Assembly (NCBI GenBank): GCA_050248855.1
Contig: JBFWRP010000033.1
Location: 1-48,520, forward strand
Length of the DNA stretch: 48,520 bases
Direction: 5' to 3'
Source of the DNA: Planctomycetota bacterium
GTDB taxonomy: Bacteria > Planctomycetota > PLA2 > JAEUHO01
Shown here: positions 1 through 9,339 of the stretch, piece after piece
Numbering within the stretch: the first letter of the stretch is position 1
How the letters are laid out: every line of letters starts with the position of its first letter
Notes under the pieces: generated by a model
Database searches by the model: none
What the model saw: only the letters and a program-made list of their open reading frames with translations
What the model was told of the DNA's origin: nothing
Made by a program: the position numbers and the translations under genes

Positions 1-91
1 AAACTAGGCATCCTGGGGGCCCTCTCTGCGGGTCGGTTGCGCGGTCAGCAACCTCCACAGTCGGCCGGGGGAGCGGCCCCCTTCACTCCAT
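1..91 (-). mobile_element. Possible left end of an IS110-family element; putative transposase ATG at 11 runs off the window
   Basis: Minus strand reads ATGGAGTGAAGGGGGCC...GGTTGC..GCAACC..GGCCCCCAGG-ATG CCT AGT, a short hairpin-rich leader like IS110/IS1111 left ends. Only three codons are visible. Confidence 0.35.
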
Positions 92-96
92 GCCCC

Positions 97-114
97 CTTA
101 AGTCACCGGCATTG
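97..114. mobile_element. IS4-family-like terminal inverted repeat
   Basis: Reverse complement CAATGCCGGTGACTTAAG matches 14 of the first 16 nt of the IR at 42273 that follows an IS4-type transposase C-terminus. Confidence 0.45.
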
Positions 115-167
115 GTGTCTGACACCGTGCCCCCGTCGCTTCGCTCCGAGGCACAGGTTCAGACACC
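114..167. repeat. REP-like hairpin
   Basis: GGTGTCTGA...TCAGACACC outer arms, GTGCC/GGCAC inner arms, loop containing CGCTTCGCT. GGTGTCTGACACC is itself palindromic. Confidence 0.55.
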
Positions 168-267
168 TCCGCGCGCCTCGCATCTCGGGCTCTGGCCCCA
201 AGCGGACAGCAGGGTTCGTCGTTCCGCGCTCACGCGCGGACTCGGCGCTCGGGCGGGCGCCCTCGCG

Positions 268-297
268 GCAGGGGTGCTGGTGCGGCACCACCCCTGC
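268..297. repeat. GC-rich hairpin downstream of the TonB receptor (possible terminator or REP)
   Basis: GCAGGGGTG...CACCCCTGC arms with inner TGGTGC/GCACCA pairing. No U-tract. Confidence 0.4.
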
Positions 298-330
298 ACC
301 CCTCACGGGGATTCAGGCGTCTCCGCGCGA

Positions 331-2649
331 TCAGAAGCCGATCTCGGCGGCGAACACGACGTTGAAGCCGGGCTCGTTCACGCCGGAGCCGTGGATGCGG
401 TAGTTCTCGTCGAAGAGGTTCTCCAGCCCCACGCTGACGCTGGTCTTGCGGTTCAGCTGGTAGCCGGCGCGCAGGTTCAGGACGTCGTAACCGGGCGTCC
501 CGTCGGGCGGGATGCGGCGCGAGTCCGTCTCGTCGCGAAGCGACAGCTTGTCGGCGTCGCCGCTGTGGAGCCACTCGGCCTGCGCCCACCAGCGGCTGCA
601 GCGCGGCTGGTAGCGGGCGCCCAACATCCACGTCAAGGGCTTCAGGCGATCGATGTGCGTGCGGACGAGGTTGTCGGTCGTGTCCAGCTGGTCGACCTCG
701 CCGTCCATCCACGAAGCCGTGGCCAAGACCGTCCAGTCGCACGTCAGGTCGTAGGCCAGCTCCAGCTCCAGCCCCCACGCGAAGCCGTCCCCGATGTTGT
801 CCTTGCGCACCTCCGGCGTGCCGTCGATCAGGTTTCCCGTCGGGGAGCGCACGATGCTGTTGTCGAACGACGTGTACCAAGCAGCCGCGGCGCCGCGCAG
901 GCGACGCTGTTGCGTCTTCACGCCCAGCTCGAACGAGAGGTAGTCTTCCGGCTCGAGGTCGGGCGCAGGCGTCTCCACGACGCTCGTGCTGTCCACGGCG
1001 GTCAGGTCGGAGAGCGTCGGCGCGCGGAAGCCCTGCGAGACGGCCGCGTACGCGTTCCACTCGCGGTTCAGGTGGCGCACGACGCGGAGCGAGCCCACGA
1101 GGCTCGTCCAGTCGTTCTCCACGCTCATGATGTTGCCCGGCGTGGCGGGATCCGAGCCGGCGACGGCTTGGTTGTCGACGCGTCCCGCTTCGGCGGACAC
1201 GTAGTTGAAGCGCACGCCGGTGTACACGTCCCAGCAGCCGAGCGGCAGGTGGTGTTCGGCGTACACGGCGGCGATGTCGTAGCTGCCGTCGTCGCCCATC
1301 GGGCCCTGCACGTCGCTGCCCGTGTACACGTCGTTCAGGAAGTTGTGCTTCCACGTGTCGAGCTCGTCGTGGTACCACTCCGCGCCGTACACGAGGCTGC
1401 CCCAGCGCAGCGGCGACTCGAGCTGCACCTGGACGCCGAGCTGGTCCAGGTCGAAGCCCGCGAAGTCGCGGCGCCCAGCCGTGCGGATGCGGTCGCGGTT
1501 CTCTTGGTGGTTGTGCCAGCTGAGGGTGATGTAGCCCCGGCGGATCGGCGCGCACCCGCAGGCATCGAACGCCAGGCGTGCGTAGACGAGGTCGCGCGTC
1601 TGGTCGAAGTCACGGCGCAGCTCGCTGCCCACGGCCGTGCCGCGGAACGGGACGGCGTTGACCGTCTGCTCGGTCCGGGGCGCATCGCGCTGGTCCACGT
1701 GCTGCCAGGCCACGGTCGCCGTCCAGTTCCGGTTCACGTGCCAGTCGAAGCGCAGGTCCGCGTCGTACTCCTCGATCCCGCCCGTGTCGGGCAGCTTGCC
1801 GCCGCCGCTCTCGATGTTCCCGTAGGTCTTGCGGGTGATGCCCCCGATCCACGCCAAGCGTCCGACGTGGCCCTCCAGCTCGACGCGGTTGGCCCACGCA
1901 TCCTCGGCGGTGGCGTAGCGCGTCAGGTAGCGACCGTTCAGACCCCAGCCCGAGCCGTGGCAGGTGCGCTTGATGGGCACGACGTTGAGCGTGCCGCCGA
2001 TCGCGTCGCTGCCGTAGAGCACGCTGTGCGGGCCGCGCACGACCTCCATGGAGCCGATCGTGTACGGATCGATCGTGGCCCAGTACTGGTTGGGGCCGGA
2101 GCGGAACGCGCTGTTGTTGAGCCGCACGCCGTCGATCAGGAGCACGTTGTAGTAGCCCGTCAGACCGCGGATGAACGGGCTGTGTTGCAGCGGCGCCGTC
2201 TTCTGCACGAGCACGCTCGGCACGCCATCGAGCGCGTTGGAGAGCGAGCGGCTGGCACGGCGCAGGCGCACGTCGTGCTCGTCGATCACCGTCACGGCGG
2301 CAGGCTGCTCGAAGGCCTCCAGCTCGCGGCGCATCGGCGTCACGGCGCGCTCCGGACCGCGCCCGGCACCGCCGAACACGCGCGGCGCGACCACGTCCAC
2401 GCCGCCGAGGCGGGGCACCGCCCCCGTCGGCGCCCCCGAGGGGGGCGCGGGCGAGGCCTCGGGAGCAGTCGGCTCGTCCGCGGCGGGCGCCTCGACGGCC
2501 GCCGGGGGCGCCTCGACGGCCGGGGGCGCTCCGGGGGCGCCCGTGACGTCCTCGTCCGCCTGTGCCGGGCCGGCGCCCAGCGCGATGGCCAGACCCGCAA
2601 CGCCGACGAAACCGCGGGCGCACCGCGCCCACCCGAAGCCCTGAAACAT
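331..2649 (-). CDS. TonB-dependent receptor (heme/siderophore/cobalamin-type)
   Basis: GGAGG RBS before ATG 2649, signal peptide, plug motifs SPFIRG, LLIDGVRLNN and EVVRGPHSVLYGSDAIGG, C-terminal ENLFDENY and final Phe. Confidence 0.93.
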   Translation of the reverse strand: MFQGFGWARCARGFVGVAGLAIALGAGPAQADEDVTGAPGAPPAVEAPPAAVEAPAADEPTAPEASPAPPSGAPTGAVPRLGGVDVVAPRVFGGAGRGPERAVTPMRRELEAFEQPAAVTVIDEHDVRLRRASRSLSNALDGVPSVLVQKTAPLQHSPFIRGLTGYYNVLLIDGVRLNNSAFRSGPNQYWATIDPYTIGSMEVVRGPHSVLYGSDAIGGTLNVVPIKRTCHGSGWGLNGRYLTRYATAEDAWANRVELEGHVGRLAWIGGITRKTYGNIESGGGKLPDTGGIEEYDADLRFDWHVNRNWTATVAWQHVDQRDAPRTEQTVNAVPFRGTAVGSELRRDFDQTRDLVYARLAFDACGCAPIRRGYITLSWHNHQENRDRIRTAGRRDFAGFDLDQLGVQVQLESPLRWGSLVYGAEWYHDELDTWKHNFLNDVYTGSDVQGPMGDDGSYDIAAVYAEHHLPLGCWDVYTGVRFNYVSAEAGRVDNQAVAGSDPATPGNIMSVENDWTSLVGSLRVVRHLNREWNAYAAVSQGFRAPTLSDLTAVDSTSVVETPAPDLEPEDYLSFELGVKTQQRRLRGAAAAWYTSFDNSIVRSPTGNLIDGTPEVRKDNIGDGFAWGLELELAYDLTCDWTVLATASWMDGEVDQLDTTDNLVRTHIDRLKPLTWMLGARYQPRCSRWWAQAEWLHSGDADKLSLRDETDSRRIPPDGTPGYDVLNLRAGYQLNRKTSVSVGLENLFDENYRIHGSGVNEPGFNVVFAAEIGF

Positions 2650-2727
2650 GCAACCTCCCGTGTGACGCCGTGCTCCAGGCCGGCGACCCGACGCACCAAC
2701 GGGCCGGAGATCCGGCGGTTCGGGAGA

Positions 2728-2745
2728 AAATGAGAGTCGGTCGCA
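2728..2745. promoter_or_regulatory. Possible degenerate Fur box upstream of the TonB receptor
   Basis: AAATGAGAGTCGGTCGCA resembles AATGAGAAT-N-ATTCTCA. It is a purine/AT-rich patch ~80 nt upstream of the start. Confidence 0.3.
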
Positions 2746-2827
2746 GGCGGCGGACCCGGCTGGCCCCGTGAGGATCCACCGCCTCGCGGGAAGCCCGGGG
2801 CACCATGCCGGGCCAGGAGGAGCCTCC

Positions 2828-3307
2828 ATGACCAAGGCCGATGGCCGCAGCCTGCAGGAGACCTACGGGCCGACGGGCCGCTGCTTCGGCTGCGGGCCCG
2901 CCAACGAGAAGGGGCTGCGCATCCGCTCCTTCCAGGAGGGCGACACCTACGTGTGCCGCTGGACGGCGCGCCCCGAGCACGAGGCGTGGGCCGGCACGAT
3001 CAACGGCGGGATCATCGGCGCCCTCTTCGACTGCCACTGCAACTGGGCCGCCGCACACCACCTGCTCCTGACGACGGGCGCCGCCGAGCTGCCGAGCACG
3101 GTCACGGCGGAGTTCCACGTCAAGCTCGTCAAGCCGACGCCCTCCGGCGAGCCGGTCGAGATCCGCGCCCGCATCGTCGACGCCGGCAGCCGACGGGCCA
3201 CCGTCGAAGCCGAGATGCGGTCCGGCGGCGACGTCACGGCGACCTGCCGGGGCACGTTCGTAGCGGTCCCCCCGGGCCACCCCGGCTACCACCGCTGGGG
3301 CGCTTGA
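2828..3307 (+). CDS. PaaI/hotdog-fold thioesterase
   Basis: GGAGGAG RBS; CFGCGPANEKGL, NGGIIGALFD and VTAEFHVKLVKPTP motifs. Confidence 0.88.
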   Translation: MTKADGRSLQETYGPTGRCFGCGPANEKGLRIRSFQEGDTYVCRWTARPEHEAWAGTINGGIIGALFDCHCNWAAAHHLLLTTGAAELPSTVTAEFHVKLVKPTPSGEPVEIRARIVDAGSRRATVEAEMRSGGDVTATCRGTFVAVPPGHPGYHRWGA

Positions 3308-3366
3308 CCGCGGCCGGCGGATAGAATCCCGCGCCGTCGCGTCCGGGGCTGTCCGGCCGCGCGGAG

Positions 3367-4239
3367 ATGTCCGACGTGAACGAGACGCAAGGGGACGAGA
3401 TCCTGACCGCGCGGGAGCGCCCGCCAGGAGCTCCGCCGGATCTCTACGACTACCCCGAGGTGTACGCCGCTTTGCGGGCACCGGCCGCGGACTTGCTGGC
3501 CGGGGTGCGACGCATCATCGCGACGTACGCGCATCCACCGGGGACGACGGCCGACGGCCCGTTGCGCCTGCTCGACCCGGCCTGCGGTCCCGCGAACTGG
3601 CTCGTCCCGTTCGCGCTCGACGGCCACCATGTCGCGGGCAACGACTTGTCGCGCGAGATGGTGCGCGGCGCACGGGCCGCGCTGCGTCGGCTGGGCGCCT
3701 CGCACGAGATCGTCCGGGGCGACATGCGGCGCTTGGCGCTCTCGAGCGGTCCGTTCGACGTGGCGCTCGAGATTGCCGGCAGCACGGGCCTGCTCATGGA
3801 GCGCGACGACCTGGTGGGCTTGCTGGAGGGCGTGGCCGACCACCTGCGGCCCGACGGCATCTTCGCGGTGACGGTGTTCCTCGACCGTCGCGAGGAAGCG
3901 CCCGACGCCTCCTATCCGCGCTTGGTCCACGAGAGCCCGTGGATCCCGGTCGAGCTCGCCGACGGCCACGTCGGTGCAGCGCGGGCGCGCTACGAGCACC
4001 TGGGCTGGAGCGACGCGCCTCCCTCCGCCAGCATGCGCAGGACGGTCGTCGTGCGCGAGCTGCCCGAGCACCCCGACGAGATCGTCGAGGACTACACGCT
4101 TCGCGCCTGGCGCCTCGCCGAGGCCCTTGCGATCGTCTCGGCGACGGCGCGCTACGACGTGCTCGAGATCGATGCGTTGGGGCCCGACGCGCCCGACGAC
4201 CCGCTTGGCGAGTCGACGTTCGTGCTACGCCGTCGGTAG
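3367..4239 (+). CDS. Class I SAM-dependent methyltransferase
   Basis: LLDPACGPA motif I, GNDLSREM, GDMR, FDVA, HLRPDGIF. Confidence 0.85.
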   Translation: MSDVNETQGDEILTARERPPGAPPDLYDYPEVYAALRAPAADLLAGVRRIIATYAHPPGTTADGPLRLLDPACGPANWLVPFALDGHHVAGNDLSREMVRGARAALRRLGASHEIVRGDMRRLALSSGPFDVALEIAGSTGLLMERDDLVGLLEGVADHLRPDGIFAVTVFLDRREEAPDASYPRLVHESPWIPVELADGHVGAARARYEHLGWSDAPPSASMRRTVVVRELPEHPDEIVEDYTLRAWRLAEALAIVSATARYDVLEIDALGPDAPDDPLGESTFVLRRR

Positions 4240-4244
4240 CAGGT

Positions 4245-5705
4245 CTACTCGTCGGCGGCGACGCGCTGGAGGACGCGGTTCGCGATCGAGCGACCGAGAT
4301 CCAGGCCGCCGTTGTTGTCGATGCTGTAGTGGATGCCGCCGTAGAGGCGGGAGTTCATGGCGTCTGAACCCATCGTCGTGAACTCGATGGCGCGGTCGGG
4401 GAACAGGTACGCCAGCACCTGGGATGCTGCGCCCGACGTGCTGCTATGCCCCGAGGGGTAGGTCGGGAAGGGCGGCGTCGGGACGATCGAGAGCCAGCCC
4501 GGGTCGAAGCGCAGGCGGATCTCCGTGATCGGTCGCACGAGATCGTGGAAGTACTTGTTCCACCAACACGCGATGAACGCGTCGGCCTGGGCCACGCCGA
4601 GGATGGCGAAGAGGCGTGCCATCCGGCACTCGTTCCAGCCGTCCTGGAGTCCCGCGTCCGCTGCGATCGCGTTCCAGTGCCCCGGCGGCGTGGCGGTGCC
4701 CGGGCCGTCCGCCCAGAACTGCGCGCTGAAGATGCGCTCGGGCGTGAGGTTCTGGCTCACGTCGTGGACCTCGGTGACCAGCGCCAGCCACTGCGCCGAT
4801 CCGTAGGCAGGCGCCGGGGGCAGCACGAGGACGGCACCGGTGGCGAGCACCCACGGCTCGACGCCGCCCCAACCGGGCAGCAAGGCGGGCGCGAACCCCG
4901 CCGGTGTCGGCAGCCACGACGCCGTGCCCGGCGCAGGGGCGGGCGTGTAGGGCGAACCGTCGGGCGTGTGCGTGGCGATGGTCGCGGCATCGGCGCCATC
5001 GGCCTGGGCGCGAGCCACGACCAGCTGGCCCACGGTGGCACCGAGCGTCTCCCCGGCCGTGACGTCGCTCGGGAAGCAGCGGCCCGCCTGGAGGTCCACG
5101 GCCAACGCGGAGGACAAGAGGTCGAGGATGGTGCCCACGTCCAGGGGGAACAGGTAGAGGAGCACTTCGGCGGCCGCGGCCGAGAGGGCCGCGCGGTCGC
5201 AGGTGTAGGACGGCGCCTCGACCAGCGGGCCCACGACGGCGAGGTCGCCGTCCACGTCCGAGGGACGCGCCCGGAGCCAACGGTACTTGGCGTGGAAGCA
5301 CGCGACCATCGCGTCGTGCATGGCCACGCCGAGCAGGGCGTACGCGCGTGAGGCGCGCGGCGGCGACACGTTGCGGCTCGTGACCAGCTGGCGGGCCAGG
5401 GCGTTCCAGCGTCGGCAGGTGCCCTCATCCCACGCCGCGATCTCGTCGAGGACGGCTTGCGTGCGCTGGCCCGCGAGCGTGCGCAGCTGCTGCAGCTCGG
5501 TCTGCGTCGTGCTCGCGCCGGGAGGAGCCGGCGGCAGGAGCGCATCGACATCGGCCACGACCCACGTACGCCACGTCCCGGCCTCCGGTTCGAGCGGCGC
5601 GGGGCTGGAGAAGGTCGGCAGGCTGGAGCCCCCGCCACCTCCCCCGCAGCCGGCGACGAGGCCGACGAGCAGGACCAGGAAGATCGGCTTGGAGACGGAC
5701 CGCAC
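4245..5705 (-). CDS. Vanadium-dependent haloperoxidase/PAP2-superfamily lipoprotein with tandem domains
   Basis: GTG start with GGGAGG RBS, lipobox LVAGC. C-terminal domain has KYFHDLVRP, PPFPTYPSGHS and SRLYGGIH; N-terminal copy is degenerate (KYRWLRARP, PSYTCDR). Confidence 0.85.
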   Translation of the reverse strand: MRSVSKPIFLVLLVGLVAGCGGGGGGSSLPTFSSPAPLEPEAGTWRTWVVADVDALLPPAPPGASTTQTELQQLRTLAGQRTQAVLDEIAAWDEGTCRRWNALARQLVTSRNVSPPRASRAYALLGVAMHDAMVACFHAKYRWLRARPSDVDGDLAVVGPLVEAPSYTCDRAALSAAAAEVLLYLFPLDVGTILDLLSSALAVDLQAGRCFPSDVTAGETLGATVGQLVVARAQADGADAATIATHTPDGSPYTPAPAPGTASWLPTPAGFAPALLPGWGGVEPWVLATGAVLVLPPAPAYGSAQWLALVTEVHDVSQNLTPERIFSAQFWADGPGTATPPGHWNAIAADAGLQDGWNECRMARLFAILGVAQADAFIACWWNKYFHDLVRPITEIRLRFDPGWLSIVPTPPFPTYPSGHSSTSGAASQVLAYLFPDRAIEFTTMGSDAMNSRLYGGIHYSIDNNGGLDLGRSIANRVLQRVAADE

Positions 5706-5927
5706 GGGGCCTCCCTCGGCAGGAGCGCGCCGAGGCCTGGCCCGACGACAGGCGGCGACGCACCCACGAACCCCCGAGAGTGCCCCAGGTTCAGCCCACT
5801 GCCACCTTGGCGAGGCGCGACCCATGTCCGATCCCGATGAATCTCGATCCGTTCATCGCTATCGTCGATGCATCCGGGCGTTCCGTCGCGCCCTCGCCGC
5901 GGCCGGGGTCACGGGTAGACAAGGGCG

Positions 5928-7124
5928 ATGTCCACGTACGAGCTCCTCACCCCGGACGGCGCGGCCCCCATCAAGGCCTGGGTGCGCGGCGTCCCCCTGG
6001 AAGACGCGGCGCGCAAGCAGCTGGCAAACGTGGCACGCCTCCCGTTCATCCACCGCTGGGTCGCCGCCATGCCCGACGTGCACTGGGGCATCGGCGCGAC
6101 CGTCGGCAGCGTGATCCCGACCCACCAAGCCATCATTCCGGCGGCCGTCGGCGTGGACATCGGCTGCGGCATGATGGCCAGCCGCACGTCGCTCCTGGCC
6201 TCGGACCTGCCGGACGACCTCAAGCCCATGCGCCGCGCGATCGAGCAGGCCGTCCCGGTGGGCATGGCGCGGCACGACGAGCTCCCGGCCGCCAGCGAGG
6301 CCACGTGGACCACGCTGGGCCCCCAGCTGGACCGCATCATCGAGAAGCACCCGGCCATCCGCAGCCGCGAGCCGGTCTTCCAGCTGGGCACGCTGGGCGG
6401 CGGCAACCATTTCATCGAGGTCTGTCTCGACGAGGACGACCGCGTCTGGGTCATGTTGCACAGCGGGTCGCGCGGCATCGGCAACCAGTTCGGACAGTAC
6501 TTCATCGAGCTGGCCAAGAAGGACATGGAGCGGGCGCTCTCGACGCTGCCGGACAAGGACCTCGCCTACTTCGAGGAAGGCACGGAGCACTTCGCCGACT
6601 ACGTCGAGGCCGTGGACTGGGCGCAGCGCTACGCTGCCTCGAACCGTGCCCTCATGCTGGACTTGGTGCTGCAGGCGCTCGCGGGGGTCCGCGGCGTGCC
6701 CCCCTTCCGGAGCCACGTCGAAGCGGTCAACTGCCACCACAACTACGTGCAGCGCGAACACCACTACGGCGAGGACGTGTGGGTCACGCGCAAAGGGGCC
6801 GTGCGCGCAGGTGCCGGCGAGCTCGGCATCATCCCGGGCAGCATGGGTGCGCGCTCGTACCTCGTACGCGGCAAGGGCAACCCGGAGAGCTTCGAGAGCT
6901 GCAGCCACGGCGCGGGGCGCGCCATGTCGCGCAAGGCCGCCCGCAAGACGTTCCGGCTCGAGGACCACGAGCGGGCGACCGACGGCGTGGAGTGCCGCAA
7001 GGACCCGGGCGTGCTCGACGAGACGCCTGGGGCCTACAAGGACATCGACCGCGTGATGGCGGCGCAGGCCGACCTCGTGGAGGTCGTGCATACCCTGAAG
7101 CAGATCGTATGCGTCAAGGGATGA
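5928..7124 (+). CDS. rtcB: RNA ligase RtcB
   Basis: MPDVHWG, VGVDIGCG, GGGNHF, HSGSRG, CHHNY, RKGA, PGSMG, SHGAGR, DETPGAYKDI, terminal KG. Confidence 0.96.
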   Translation: MSTYELLTPDGAAPIKAWVRGVPLEDAARKQLANVARLPFIHRWVAAMPDVHWGIGATVGSVIPTHQAIIPAAVGVDIGCGMMASRTSLLASDLPDDLKPMRRAIEQAVPVGMARHDELPAASEATWTTLGPQLDRIIEKHPAIRSREPVFQLGTLGGGNHFIEVCLDEDDRVWVMLHSGSRGIGNQFGQYFIELAKKDMERALSTLPDKDLAYFEEGTEHFADYVEAVDWAQRYAASNRALMLDLVLQALAGVRGVPPFRSHVEAVNCHHNYVQREHHYGEDVWVTRKGAVRAGAGELGIIPGSMGARSYLVRGKGNPESFESCSHGAGRAMSRKAARKTFRLEDHERATDGVECRKDPGVLDETPGAYKDIDRVMAAQADLVEVVHTLKQIVCVKG

Positions 7125-7128
7125 GCTC

Positions 7129-8169
7129 GTGACCGACCGGGTCGTGCTGGACGGCCGCGAGGGCGAGGGCGGCGGACAGGTCTTGCGATCGGCCCTGGCG
7201 TTGTCGCTCGCCACGGGGCGCCCCTTCGTGCTGGAGCACGTCCGCGCCCGACGCGACCGCCCCGGCCTCCTGCGCCAACACCTGACGGGCTTGCGTCTGG
7301 CCGCGGAGATCGGCGATGCCGAGCTCGACGGAGCGACCCCGGGATCCCGGCGCGTGGCCTTCGCTCCGCGGGGCTTTCGCGCAGGACGCTTCCACGCCGC
7401 GGTCGGCACGGCGGGCAGCACGGTGCTCGTGGCGAGCACCGTCCTGCCCGCCCTGCTCGTGGGCAAGGAGGCGGTCGAGCTGGAGGTGGAGGGCGGCACG
7501 CACGCGAAGGGCGCACCCTGCTTCGAGTTCCTCCGCGACGTCTTGCTGCCCGCGCTGGAGGAGCTGGGCGCGCGCCTCGAGCTGACGCTCCTCGCACACG
7601 GCTTCTACCCCGCAGGCGGTGGCCGCATGCGCGTGGCGGTGAACCCCACGGCGCACCCGCGCCCCTACGTGAGCCTCGAGCGGGGACGGCTCCAAGCCAC
7701 GCACGCCTCGGCCCTCGTGAGCCAGCTGCCGCGGCACATCGCCGAGCGCGAGCTCGAGGAGGTCCGCCGGCGCCTGGGATGGAAGGACCGGGACCGCGAC
7801 GTGGAGGTCATCCAGGGCGGGGCCGGGCCCGGCAACGCCGTCGTGCTGACCGTGCGTCACGCGCACGCGACCGACGTGGTGGCCGCGTACGGCGCGCTCG
7901 GCGTCTCCGCGGAGCGCGTGGCCACCAAGGCCTGCCGCGAAGCTCAGGCCTGGCTTGCCGCCGACGTGCCGGTCGGTACGTGGCTGGCTGACCAGCTCCT
8001 CGTGCCGCTGGCGCTCGCCGCCGGCGGGCGCTTCCGCACGCTGCCCTTGTCGCTGCATGCACGCACCAACATCGATGTCGTACATGCCTTCCTCGGGCCC
8101 GTGATCGATGTCGCCGAAGACGGCACGGCAGTCGTGGTCACCGTCAAGGGCCGGTACGGAGTCGGGTGA
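7129..8169 (+). CDS. rtcA: RNA 3'-terminal phosphate cyclase RtcA
   Basis: DGREGEGGGQVLRSAL, RDRPGLLRQH, GGTH, GFYPAGGG, LADQL, SLHARTN (catalytic His). Confidence 0.95.
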   Translation: MTDRVVLDGREGEGGGQVLRSALALSLATGRPFVLEHVRARRDRPGLLRQHLTGLRLAAEIGDAELDGATPGSRRVAFAPRGFRAGRFHAAVGTAGSTVLVASTVLPALLVGKEAVELEVEGGTHAKGAPCFEFLRDVLLPALEELGARLELTLLAHGFYPAGGGRMRVAVNPTAHPRPYVSLERGRLQATHASALVSQLPRHIAERELEEVRRRLGWKDRDRDVEVIQGGAGPGNAVVLTVRHAHATDVVAAYGALGVSAERVATKACREAQAWLAADVPVGTWLADQLLVPLALAAGGRFRTLPLSLHARTNIDVVHAFLGPVIDVAEDGTAVVVTVKGRYGVG

Positions 8170-8251
8170 GATTCCAACCTCGGGCCGCGACGGACTCCCG
8201 CCGGCGCCTGCTCCTCGCGGCCCGAGGGTGGAATCTCACCCGACTCCGTAC
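8154..8251. repeat. 37-bp inverted repeat (REPIN/MITE-like; possible bidirectional terminator)
   Basis: Arms 8154-8190 and 8215-8251 are reverse complements with one mismatch. They lie between convergent genes and overlap the rtcA stop. Confidence 0.85.
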
Positions 8252-8256
8252 TGCGG

Positions 8257-9330
8257 CTACCGCGGCGTGAACGACAGCGTCACGTGCAGGATCGTCCAGA
8301 AGGGGAACGCATCGCGGCTGACCAGAGCCCAGAGCACGCGGTTGGACGGGTCGTTGCCGTAGACGTAGGCCCATACGAGACCCAACGCCACCACGATGGC
8401 GAACAACCCCAGATGCAACGTCTGGAAGCCCACCTGCGTGGTGCGCATCCAGCGCCAGCTGCCAGGCTTCGCCACCGGCGCCTCGGGCGCGCTCGCCTTC
8501 AGACGGCGCGTCGCGAACACGTACCAAGCGGCCACATGCAGGGCCACGATGAACGAGAGCCGCCCCGTGAACACGGCGCCCAGGAAGATCAGCACGAACG
8601 TGCCGGCATACACGACCACGATCGGTCGGTGCATCCGGAGGAACGCCAGCACGCTGCCGTGACGACGGCGTAGCCCGAGGACGTTGAGGTGCACGACCGT
8701 CGCCGTCAGGGCGATGAACGCCGCGCCCAGCGCCTGGCGTGCCCCCTGCGACCAGCCCCCGAGCAGCTCGTCGCCGTAGCGGCGCGTGCCGCCGATGCCC
8801 CACGCGCCGCCGACCAGGAACACGCAGAGCAGGATGCCCAGGGCCAGCGCAGGCAGGCGCAGGACGTCGCGGCGGGCCGCCTCGTCGTCCAGCCCGACGG
8901 CGTCCCCGTTGGCCCGGTAGAACCAGGCCTCGTCGCGGAACTCGTGGACGAAGAAGTACGCATAGAACACGGCAGCCGGCACGTGGGCATGACGGCCGCC
9001 CGCCGCCTGGAACAGCCAACAGAAGGCGACGCCGGCCACGGCGAGGGTGCCGAACCAGAGGCGGCTCGAGCGGCGCTCCATCGTGCGCGAGGTCAGCAGG
9101 AACGCCGTGCCGACCAGGATGTGGGCGATGGCGAACGTGCGCGTCGAGGTCTCGAAGGCGTCGTAGACGAACCGCGTGGCCCGGTTCGTGCGGCCCGCGG
9201 CGATCTCGAGCGCCTCGACGGCGCCGAAGAGCGCGGCCAAGCCGCCCACGAAGAGGACGGCCCACGTCCAGTTGCGCTCGGTGAGCGTCAGGCGCCCCGC
9301 CGGCGCCGCGACGACCTGTGCCTCCGCCAT
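8257..9330 (-). CDS. Multi-pass membrane protein with spaced His motifs
   Basis: Many hydrophobic helices; AIAHILVG, FFVHEFRDE, LHVAAWY, LHVTLSF. Confidence 0.75.
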   Translation of the reverse strand: MAEAQVVAAPAGRLTLTERNWTWAVLFVGGLAALFGAVEALEIAAGRTNRATRFVYDAFETSTRTFAIAHILVGTAFLLTSRTMERRSSRLWFGTLAVAGVAFCWLFQAAGGRHAHVPAAVFYAYFFVHEFRDEAWFYRANGDAVGLDDEAARRDVLRLPALALGILLCVFLVGGAWGIGGTRRYGDELLGGWSQGARQALGAAFIALTATVVHLNVLGLRRRHGSVLAFLRMHRPIVVVYAGTFVLIFLGAVFTGRLSFIVALHVAAWYVFATRRLKASAPEAPVAKPGSWRWMRTTQVGFQTLHLGLFAIVVALGLVWAYVYGNDPSNRVLWALVSRDAFPFWTILHVTLSFTPR

Positions 9331-9339
9331 CCGGGCAGC

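Noticed and set aside
37..2733. 898-aa plus-strand ORF, and similar long ORFs at 8689-11712, 32550-34286 and 23862-25436
   Set aside because: Antisense shadows of motif-supported genes, expected in high-GC DNA; no recognisable motifs.
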